Below are positions 53,601-64,000 of a stretch of 64,000 nt of DNA, piece by piece (the stretch's first letter is position 1; the number at the start of each line of letters is the position of its first letter). The notes under the pieces were generated by a model. That model saw only the letters and a program-made list of their open reading frames with translations, ran no database searches and had not been told where the DNA came from. The translations under genes were made by a program, and so were the position numbers. Source of the stretch: Tubiluchus corallicola (Eukaryota; Animalia; Priapulida); assembly GCA_030141605.1 (NCBI GenBank), contig JAQGDQ010000201.1:62001-126000 (forward strand), written 5' to 3'.

Positions 53601-56600
53601 ACCCACAGCTTCTAGCTGCTGATAAACTTTGTGTCACTATGGACATCCATCCAGTTCCCAATACGATCCATACATATTAGAAAACGAATTATAAGTAACC
53701 CACTAAGTTACGCTAAAACGCTCCAAACATTATAAAAATTGTTTTAACAGTGGAGAGGGCGAAGACAGTGATGCATATTAATGGTTTGGCCGCAATGTTG
53801 TATAGGTGTATATGATTTGGATATTTTAAAACGAACTTAGTATTTAATTTGTGGATCAAACTTCTCCTCTAACTAAGAAAGCAACTAATCAAAAACCACT
53901 TCAATTAGTATGTACTTCTAGCCTAAAGCTAGCCGTACTAGCCCGAGTATAATTTGTAATTGAACGCTCACTTGTGCTCTAATAATGTGTTATACTAACC
54001 CCTGATCACGTATTGTTCAGCCGCCCACTTGTAGTTGTTAGCGTGATTGAGCGGCAGCAGCAATGTCCAGTGAAATGATGGATGGTTTCTGAAGTTGCCA
54101 CCCAATGAAGAAATCACTCAAGTAGTTCCAGTAATCTAGTGTACTCGAGTTTGTTACACGAAACTTGAAGTAATGGGAATGTCCAAACTGAATGCTGAGC
54201 GGAAGCTGTAAAATCATTTTATGAACATGTATATATATATTTTTGGGCAAAAATACATATATTTGGGCACACTGCAAGCAAGACAAGTAGCTCTGAATGG
54301 CATACCCTTTTACTGAATGTTGAATGCTTATATTGATACTTGAATAATATATTATTTGTTTTGAACAAGATTCTTTTTGCTAACTACCTCAAACCCAACT
54401 CCCCGTCGTGATACGGTACTTAGCGATTTTGGTATGTACGACAAATGCGACTGATACCTTATAGCGAATGTGACAGATAAACGGCGTGATTTCTGCTTCA
54501 CCTTTAACGCTAACTAAACTATTGAGCCGCACTAAGTTTGATAATAATGTTTATGCCTACAGACTAAGGTGTTTAGGTATTAATTGAGATAAAGCGGTGA
54601 ACATTAGAGGACAAGTTTTTCCTGTAAGATTTTTTCTTTACAAGTTATTAAAATGGGCAATAAAAGTTTATTTCATACAGTACAGCAAGCGATGAAGAAT
54701 TTTACTTGACTAACTGCAGTTGTCATTGATTTTCAAGTTATTAACCACAGTCATCTATGATAGCAAACTTTGTTTCTATGACGAAGCGTATGCAATAGAA
54801 ATGCCAGTTCGGCACAAAACAGTGCTGTTTTGGTTAAACTTTTAGCTCAAAAATAAAATATCGGCAAGACTACCTCCAAAGCACTGTCGATTCCCAAAAC
54901 ATTGGACAGCAAATAATATGCTAAGCAAAATTCTTAGAAATGTACAACTGTGCAATTCTTGTGCCCGAACACCTGGTTTCCAGATTTGAAATATCCTGTA
55001 CCGCCAAAATTCTTGTAATGTCCAAATGGTCTATGTGTCCATACCTCTATATGACCTGTCTCCAAATGATCTGTGTGCCAAATCACGTTTTGTGCAAATT
55101 ACCTGTATGTCCAAATAGCTAATGTGTCCAGTTCACCTTGTGTCCAAATTGCTTATGTGACCAACATACCTTGTGACCAAATGACCTGTGTCCCCAATTG
55201 TCTTGTGTCCAAAGTGCCTATGTGCCCAAAGGATTCTGTGTTTAAGTTATCTGTGTATACAAATAACCTGTGTCCAAAATACTTCGTGTCCAAATTACCT
55301 ACGTGTCCAAAGTACTTTGTGTCCAAATGACCTATATGTCGAAATACACACCGATCCTGAAAACGCAAAAATATAAAATTTACGTTTTTGCAAAGATCGA
55401 TTGTGATCGCATTTTGACGTTGACAGACTTATACAATACAAGAGTTCTTGTTTCTCATGAGCAAGTTTAACTGGATTGAGACGAGTTTGTTTTATAGCTA
55501 GTGCTCCAGGTAATCATGAGAGTCCAATGGGTATGTTTACATAATTGTAAGAACCCATTGTAAACATAGACAGAGCACGTCCGCAATGCTTTTAACTGGG
55601 GATGAGATGCAGTGAGCCTCTACAGTTATTATTTTATGAATTCCGCGTAATGGCTCTTACAGCTGACAACAGCCAGAAAACGCAGGCGCAAAACTGTTTG
55701 AAGTATTATTAACAGTTCTGTGCTTTTGCTTAAAAAACGTTTGTATAGGTTACTCCCACCGTGCGGATATCCTCTTGTAAGTTTGGGTTGGTATGTTGAT
55801 CTTACCACGAGTAGAAAGGCTTAGAGTAACTAAACATTTATTATTCTGAAAACTGAGAAGCGCTGGAAGGTTTCTGACGAAGTAAAAAAGCTGAAATTGT
55901 CTAGTTTTCATTGGTGCTGGTGTACCTGTAGTTTTGTGTTCTCCAACCGGCAAAATTCCTGAGAGAAATACGACAAACACAACAGATTAGCGAAAATAGA
56001 CGTCAGGAGAATGTAATGACCCCTAATAATGTCGTAGGTCAGAGGTCGCTGAAAAGCTGTGTAGAAGAATATGTGTTAAAGCAAAAAAATTAAGTTGACC
56101 CAAAACAAGCTGCATTTAGAACGTTACAACGTCAGGTTATCTGATATCAAGATCATCCATTTAAAGGTGCGAAGCCTTTTCTCCTGTGTGTAACATTACA
56201 TGTAAACACTAAAGGAAAATATATTCTATTGATGACTTGATGACCTCGGAAAACCACACAAAGAATATTATCTAACGTTTTTTATCAACTTCCATGTAAC
56301 ACATATTACAAGAATTTGCCGAACAAAATTTATATTAAAAGACTCTGTCAACCTATTGGCCACTGGTCATCCAAAAGTTATCACCATGCGCAACATACAG
56401 GAGGAGGTTTTCAGCTAAATAGGTTTACAACTTCACAAGTTATCTGCGCGGTGCGTAAAACCACGTGGCTTTCGTTTTCTGGCATTTTTTATGCTAAGTA
56501 AAACGATTAGTTTTTTGAGACGTTCAATTTTGAGGATTGTACAACAATTTGATTGATTATTCAGGATAGAAGAACTTAAGTTCACCGAAAAACTGCGAAC

Positions 56601-57707
56601 CCACCTTGGCTTCTCAGAGCTAATAAACATCCGTCTTGAGATGTAACTAAAACATCTTCTCTGTTGAAAGTATCTTCTTTGTTCAGAGCGCCGCTGTTTA
56701 AATCATCAGCAGGTCATTACCCGTTGGTCCGTGGAAGGTATGAGTCGTGGTGTATTGCACAGTAGATAAATCTCTCAAAAAGTCGACCACATAAAATAAA
56801 CGATAAAGGCAAGTTTTAGCAATTCTTGCGTTTTTATTACGTGATGTAGAGATTGTGTGCTCCTTGCTTTTTGAAGCTGTTCATTTTCGGTCTTTTCCTG
56901 TATAGACATGTGATATGGATTAACGCTGTACTGCAGCCTCTAGAGTCTGGGTGGTCATAAGCACTGAATATGCCCAATACAATAAGTAGGCAGTATGACC
57001 CATATTGACCGTCCCATATTGTTTCACGAAAGCTGCTTGGGTTAGCATCTAGGTGCTGCTTTTGGAGGGGTTGGTTACTAGATTTTTGAAGTAACTCTAA
57101 TAAAGCTGTTTCTTTCTCCGCGAGGATGGTGTTGTATTCCTTCTCGTTGTTCACGGAATACAGAACTTTGCCTTTTACTCATTGTAAGGCAAACAATGCA
57201 TACTCTAAAAAAAAATTAACAAAAATTTGGAATATGACAACTGTAAATGCGTGTCACTTAATAGCTAGCTCATTATCATCATTTCAGTAGCAGTAAACAA
57301 AGACTATGTAGAATGTTCGCCCATTATTACCAACATTTCATTAGCAGAAAACAAAGACTATATAAAATGTTATATACTATATATATAATACTGAGACGTC
57401 ACAACGCAGAACATCGGCAGGAGAGCTGTGAATGGCTTAAGGAACTGGCGGAAGGGCATCATCCGAAACACAGCATGTTAGTAAAGTTTGTACATTTTAC
57501 GAATACGTGCAAGCATGTATAAGTACGTGCATGCGTGTGTGCGGCAAGCAAAAAGTTTTTCAAAATTTGCGGTTTTATTAAAGCTTCATCCACGGAAGCA
57601 CTTAAACAGGAGTGCACTTGTTTTTTCTGTGTATGTATATATGATTTATCTCACATATATACTCCTAATATATCTCACATATATACTCATAATATATCTC
57701 ACATATA

Positions 57708-57756
<49 letters not shown>

Positions 57757-60700
57757 GCGCGCGCGTGCGTGCGTGTGCGTGCGTGTGTGTGTGTGTGTGT
57801 GTGTGTGAGATTGTTCAGCGAGCGCACGTGTATGTAACCTTAACAGTTTGCTTCGAGAACTGTATATATTTGTTTTCAAAGTTACAGTTTATGTATTTTT
57901 TCTGTAATCTACAGTAGAAGAATGATGTCACCTTCCCTTTACCTTTTTTCCAACGCAAACTTACTTCTGTGTGGACACTGGGTAGAAAAATAAATATACT
58001 TTAACACGGGTTTACCAATTCAGCTACTAGCGTACTACTGTAAATTATTTAACCGGATAGTTTCTCACTTAACACAGTTAACGCGCTAAGTGTTTTACGA
58101 GATGAGCGAATCACTTATTGCAGAATATATTTTAAAGTGTTGTACAAACTGCAAAATCGATTTTGCGGTCACATGGGCGTGAGGTTTTGTTCTCGAATCA
58201 TATTTTAGAACCATGTTTGGTGCGTTTCAAGAAATTCAGTTACGGAGCAAAGCACTGAAAGCAACTGTGTCGGTGGGTATTTTTTGATTGAAAAATGTAG
58301 TTTACATGATTTGGCGCGTATCACAGCACATTTTACACTAAATTTATCGCAACTACTAGCTTTAGACAAACAGGTGGACAATCAAACGCATAATTGAAAC
58401 ACAGGTTATCGTATAATTAGTAAGATAAGCATACTAACTCTACATTCACTCTATATAATGTTTTCACGACGCACCTCTAGTACAGTTTGGAGTAGTCATT
58501 TTCGCACACCGTCTGTAATTTCACTTCTCTAATAAGTCACGCGGCAGAAACTGTGATTTATTACATGAAGGACGGCATGGCTTCTGGCGTGACTTAATTC
58601 AATGTTATTAGCGCGTTTAAAATTTAAGCAACAGTAGCTTTTAGTGTGAGTATTGTGGGGTTTTGGATGGGTGACCGATTTGCATTTGATTGATTATTGA
58701 TAAATGAATACTGGAAAAAATAAATAACATGATACATGACAAATAATTCTTGCTGTTTACCTCTTAATTGGTACAAATATTGTTATTTGTTGTGCCTACT
58801 ATGCACTTGTGATACCTTGAAAATTTATATTTTCCAAATTTCCATATTTATTGCGCACTTATAGAAAAGCAATGCTTGGACGTACTAATTACGCTAAAGA
58901 TACACCACGAATAAAATAAAATAAATTCTGTATGCTGTGGGGAAGACCTGTTTGGGCTTTTTTAAGTTCAGTACCCCAAAATGGTGAGTTTGTTTCATCA
59001 GCCGCAGTTGTTGATGTCATGTTTCGGAACTGATCCTGTTAACATTACAGCCTTAAACTGTAAAATAATCCATTGTTTTGCAAGATAATATGGTGAAGTT
59101 TGGCGTGTTTAAGACACGTAGACATAAGTGATACTTAACCCACTCATCCGTATTCACTTATACGCCCGCACAAAAGACAGTCGGAATGAGACAGCAATTT
59201 TATCAATTGCAATAATTTTTGTCTTGCCATATATGGGCTATAACATTGCCATCGTTGTTTGTGGTGGTTTTGTGTGGTACACTTGGTAAATTTACTCCGA
59301 TATTAAAAAAAACAAAATGCCGTCAAACTCCTTTTGTTGTTGTAAAAAGTTTGATGTTCCTGAATTACAGTAAATTCCAAAAATGATGTTTTTGCTAAGC
59401 TAATATGCCTTTTATAGTTGATTTCTTGACTAGATCTATATCATTGGGTTATTACAGTTTTCGGTGGAACATAAATTGGCGGAAACCGCAATATACTGTA
59501 GTGTCATAGTGCTGATTAGCATGGTGTTAATATTGAGTTTAATATTTCAGATGGAATCGCCTGGAGAGCTGGTGTTCGAGTAGGAGACCGAATCATAAAG
59601 GTACTTGGGCCACTAACTTTTTGTCATTTTTTAAGCTTGTAACCTTGTAAGTAGCCGAGAAGACAGGTGGAAAATCCATCTATTCTATTCTAATTTTCCT
59701 GAAATCTTTGTGCAACATTGAATTAAATTAGATTAGAGATTTTATTTTAATTCAGTACACATAGTACCATACTACATATATTTACAAAACAAAAAAAAAT
59801 TATTGACAAAATAGATTAAAATAATGAAATTACTAACTAAAAATCTAAAATACATATCAAAAATACCTTGCCTAAAAATTTACAATTTAAAATTATCGCA
59901 TAATATTTTTCGCCCATTTTTAAAAAACAGTGCCTCGAATAACACATCAGCGTTTGTACAATGGTGACTAATAAGAATGTCATTTTCACTTGAAAGTGTG
60001 CGATGCAAGTATACGATGTTTTAAGATATTTAGGATTAGTACTTTTTCTACCTTTCAAGGACCTGATATACTCTGAATCTTAACTCTTTAGCATCTCTGA
60101 GGAGCTAAAAATAAAATGGGTGTCGTGTTGTATTAATGTTGTGTTAGTGGTGTTTTCAAAGGCCCATATGTAATATGTATAATCGATTGCAGCAGATATT
60201 GTGTATCTCAAATGTTAAGAAACGAATTGATTAATTAATTTAGTTAATGGATCTTAACTGTGATTACCCAGAATTAATAAACCTGCCATTTGATGAAGAG
60301 ACTTGAAAGTTCGATGCATTCATTGATTATTAGAGTGCTACATGGGTAGAAACGGTTCCTTGGCACAGTTTTATTTTATTGGTAATGTGCGCGAGTTCTA
60401 ATCGCATGGTCATTGGTTAAAGTCATGGCTGCTTAAGATATTTCTTGCATGCATCTATTTTCTTCAACAAGCTTATTGTTTCGTATAGTGGATTGAATTT
60501 ATTTATTCTGGGTTGCACGTTTACGATCTATTTTTAAAACGGTGAGAAACCATTTCAAAAATCGAAGACATCTTTAGTGGATAGTTAGTTTATTATTGAA
60601 CTTTGAAGAAATAAACTTCTTCAAGTTATAAGCCGGGGCGGGGCGGGGTTGTTAGAAATTTCAAATATTATATTATGAATATAGATCTAGAAATAACGAT

Positions 60701-61976
60701 TTCTTCAAACTAATTTATTCGTGGTAAGAGTGAGGGGGCGTAAAAGCTGTTAACGAAAAAAATTTACGTGAGGATTTTTTGTGTAAATTAATTAGTCAAA
60801 TGAAGCCCAAAGAACTTCAACTCCCCAATAACCAAACTGAACTCTTAAGCCTAGCTGGAATCAGGTAGGAGGATGGGCGGGGGGGGGGGCATAAAACAAA
60901 AAAAACGATGTTAGTTTGAAGATCATTGAACCTTAAAGTGGTAAAATCGTGGTATTTAAAAATTTAGGAATGTTTAATTATTAAGTGCATTTACGAAATT
61001 CTCATTCATCAGCTCACTATCTTGCATAAATGTCATCTGTCATTTTATTAGTCCAGAATTTTATTACCATTCTCTAGAGCTTTTCAGTTCTTGCGAAAAA
61101 GCGTTGCGTCTCGAAATTCTGTCAGTGTCATTTTCCTGCTACATTATACATATACCCGATTTTCCTGATATCGCTTTCCCGTTTCTCTCGGTACAGTTCG
61201 TCGGCTGGTAGTCGCAATGCGAAAGAGTCAAATTAGAAACGTTCTTCTGGGATTAGCAAACATTGAATTTTAGTTTTATCTGTGCTACAGCGCAATCGTT
61301 AAGCACTCTTAGTTTTCTTATCAAATGCCAGCCGTTTCTGAGAACGTTTAAGCAATTACGTTTCTGGCTCATTTATGTTTATTGCACAGTGTCTAGGCGA
61401 AAGATCGAAAACAAAGTTGTTTTCATGCAACTAGTTCAAAAATTATAGTTATGACGAACTGAAAATAAGTTGCCCCTAAAATTCCTAGCATTTTAATGAG
61501 GTGACTTATTGTTTTAATATACGTTTGTGATATTTAATTTTGAATCGCACAGTCTACTCAAATTTTGCAATTTATACATGTTTTAAAATACCGAATCAAC
61601 CAGTCTCTTGTTTCAAAATAAGATATTAAATTCAAAAATGGATACATTTGAAATTTGGTACTCAGTTTGAAATAGTAGACTAATTTATTTATTTCCAAAA
61701 TAGTGCTAATTTTTTATATGAATCGGTGAGATATCGGTACCAATATAAGAGGTAGGTAGATAGTGGGGCATGTCATAATGCAAGGTAGGTAAGTCCTCAG
61801 AATCTGTCAAAAACTTGATATCATTATATGTGGATGGCCCCTTGTGTCATGCATACTGTGCAAATACATCTGAGTGATTGTTAGCTTTGTGGTAAAAACT
61901 ACTTTTTGTTTGTTGCAGGTGAACGGTTCGACAGTAACAGATTCAAACCATTTAGAGGTTGTGAGGCTGTTCAAAG
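47451..61976 (+). CDS. ARHGEF12: PDZ-RhoGEF/LARG/RhoGEF2-type Rho guanine nucleotide exchange factor, N-terminal PDZ domain, 3'-partial; join(47451..47628,59551..59600,61919..61976)
   Basis: The spliced product ...GRKTVILCKEGERATFGLTVGGDNPVYVQSVNR-DGIAWRAGVRVGDRIIK-VNGSTVTDSNHLEVVRLFK closely matches the LARG/PDZ-RhoGEF PDZ (FGLTVSGDNPVFVQSVKEDGAAMRAGVQTGDRIIKVNGTLVTHSNHLEVVKLIK, recalled). Phases 1/0/1 are consistent. Probably a co-ortholog of ARHGEF11/12; the RGS/DH/PH exons lie outside the window. Confidence 0.88.
48957..49290 (+). repeat. Dispersed repeat, copy B
   Basis: Diverged direct copy of 40520-40862. Confidence 0.75.
52561..52990 (-). mobile_element. Non-autonomous Helitron-like element, copy 2 (shorter)
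   Basis: The minus strand reads ...ttgcacgctagggtcacgaaactcacagagt... and ends with the perfect hairpin TTCTGAC-CAC-GTCAGAA-ACATTGTCAACTAG/T, matching copy 1. Confidence 0.7.
53430..53706. repeat. Diverged ~140-bp tandem duplication
   Basis: cgtattttatccgt...gtaacccacta at 53430-53569 and 53570-53706. Confidence 0.93.
54960..55345. repeat. Degenerate ~17-bp minisatellite (TGTCCAAA core)
   Basis: Repeated tgtgtccaaatgacct / tgtccaaaatactt-like units. Confidence 0.85.
57645..57806. repeat. 22-bp unit x3 (atatctcacatatatactc) followed by (GT)n/(GC)n microsatellite
   Basis: Seen directly. Confidence 0.95.
59551..59600 (+). CDS. RhoGEF 50-nt PDZ exon (not in ORF track)
   Basis: atatttcag acceptor; DGIAWRAGVRVGDRIIK; donor GTACTT. 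Confidence 0.92.
61919..61976 (+). CDS. RhoGEF 58-nt PDZ exon (not in ORF track on +)
   Basis: tttgttgcag acceptor; VNGSTVTDSNHLEVVRLFK; donor GTGAGC. Confidence 0.92.
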
Positions 61977-64000
61977 GTGAGCGAACCATTTATCACGATT
62001 AGCTAAATTGCTCCCCTCGGGGGTGATGAGAATGGTAGCGAAGCGAAGCGTTGAATCCTAATGCTTTTGTCCACTTATTGTAAAAGTAAAACTGCTCAAT
62101 TTTTGCTCACCCTAATATTTTACAGTTACATGTTATACCTTTTTTGTATTTATTAAGATAGATGGACTGACGGACGGATGGATGGACAGACAGATTCTTG
62201 ACCACGAAGACCATGACAGGACCTTGCATTAAAATGTTAAGTAGAACGCCCTGAATGAATGCTTAGTCAAACCATGCTTCTGTGACCATTATGCTTGGTC
62301 AAATAACGTTCGTTTTTTCTACTGCATAACAGAATTGCTTACTTTGTGTGTATGTCCACTAATAAAAAAGATCTTTACCATAAACTTTGGCATATGGCTT
62401 CTTGGGTGTCACGCACGCACACACACGCACACACACACACAAACACTCAGCTGGCTTCATACATCATCAACATTACAACTTCCCAGTACAGTATGGTTCC
62501 TCGGGACATTTTGACCTGCTTCGTTTATTCTGCAGCTCTTGCTTAGAATTTGATGTTTTTACAGTACACAAAAATGACACAAACTATTCAACAAAAGAAT
62601 GCCAACAGATTTCATATCTGCACAGCAGTGGATTGGCGCTGAAGTATTTGTATGTGTGTGAAAGCTATTTTATTGGTGATTATTGTTATTATGTAATGAT
62701 AAATTTGAACTGGGTTGCAACAGATTGATCAAATGCTATCCTGTTTGTTTTCTCAGGGGGAATTATTCTCTTCTGGAAAAATTTACTGCGTACTCTTCAT
62801 TCTTTCAAACCACTCGTTACTTTCTAGATTTCAAATGTTGCTATTGCTATTTGTAACTTATTGGTTCAAGTAGCAACGTCAGTGACTGTGAAAACAGCCT
62901 GCTTAAGTACCAGCGATGTTGTAAAAAATGCTGTCTTGTCAGGTCTTTCTTTCTGAAGCATTTTCCCTACAAGTCCCATGTTGCCTAGTTATCTGCATTG
63001 CTGCTGATTAAGTAACAATCATGGCTTTATATTTGAAATCGGCTTACACTAAAGCGTTTGTTCACATGCCAGCTGAGACTGAACTGCTTTAGCCTACGTG
63101 AGCATGTTCAGGTGAGCAGTGGCAGGATGGCTTCTTTCACCCAACCTGTGAAGGCATCGGATGTACCAGAAAGACCTTAATTATATACAATAAAAACTTA
63201 AATCTTAACAGCATCCAGAGATTTTCAGGACAACCACGAAGAGGACGTCCACCACCAGCTTCCCACCACCGACTTAAGCCATTGTGTTGGTACACATTAT
63301 CAACTGGGTAACTGAGTGTGTTAGATTCATTGGGGAAGCACTATCTAACAAATAGAAACTATTGAAAAAGGCATGGTAATCTTTATTTTGTTATAGTACA
63401 GGGGGTAAATATGTAACGTTTCGGATTATTTTGATTCAGCCCTTCCTCAGCTGGTACAAAAGACTTAACTGAGCGCGATTCTGTTAAATATCCTGTACAG
63501 GCTGGAGACAACCGAACAGCTGGGACATTGCTTAAGCCATTATGACAACAATCTATCATGTTCACTGCAGTTAATCAGCTTAATTTTCAAATGCTTGCTA
63601 ATCTTTAGCTTTTGCAATCTTGGACAGTTATTGGTGTGGTAAATCTCTTAAGTCTTAAACGTGGAAAAATCCAAGGTAACGTGAAGGCATATTTTTATAT
63701 TACAAGTCGTTACCTATTTTGGAGTTATAGAAAACTGTGCAAGATCCCAAGATCCAAGCTCTGTATAAGTACACATGTGACTCGAGTTTTGATAATGTTT
63801 GCTTTCCGTCAGATTGTAACAAACTTTGGACTTTGAGTGGCGCTCCTATCAATATTCCAAAAATGGTTACAAGCTTTCTTATTGTATCATTCTAGTAAAA
63901 TATTCTTTTCCAGCACGCCAGCAGTATGACTTTGTTTTGCCAGGACTAGTGCGCTTCAAGTTTTTGTAGTAATTTATATGCTGTTTCCGCTAGATATTCA

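Noticed and set aside
56340-57154. Minus-strand 105-aa ORF plus downstream LLDDQWPIG, reminiscent of LINE ORF1
   Set aside because: Similarity is too weak to call without a search, and there are many stops
57488-57917. CV/HT-repeat ORFs
   Set aside because: Translation of (GT)n
62387-62728. 113-aa ORF as the next RhoGEF exon (AGFIHHQH... is in phase after cactcag)
   Set aside because: The acceptor lacks a pyrimidine tract ((CA)n precedes it) and the peptide does not resemble the expected last PDZ strand (xGxYVALT); the acceptor at about 62756 likewise gives no PDZ-like peptide

Overview
AT-rich, intron-containing animal (invertebrate-like) genomic DNA; the organism cannot be named from the sequence. 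Two spliced protein-coding genes lie on the + strand. (1) At 1-12664 are the last 16 coding exons (851 aa reconstructed, all GT-AG, phases consistent) of an Echinoid-like Ig-superfamily adhesion receptor: 5 Ig domains in the window, FN3, a Cys-containing FN3-like domain, a TM helix, and a Tyr-rich tail with PPxY and a C-terminal PDZ-binding motif -IIHEVVV. (2) At 47451-61976 are three exons encoding most of the N-terminal PDZ domain of a RhoGEF2/PDZ-RhoGEF/LARG (ARHGEF11/12)-type gene, which runs out of the window and probably has 5' exons from about 32.2 kb. The rest is intron, UTR and intergenic DNA with non-autonomous DNA transposons (a Helitron-like family in two copies, a hAT-like MITE with an 8-bp TSD, fold-back elements), decayed non-LTR retrotransposon fragments (RTE-like, probably CRE-like), tRNA/5S-derived SINE remnants, and mini- and microsatellites. 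No CRISPR or prokaryotic system is present. Most ORFs in the supplied track are spurious. The most interesting biological observation is the tandem linkage of an Echinoid-like PDZ-ligand receptor and a PDZ-RhoGEF. All homology calls are from motif recognition, not database searches.
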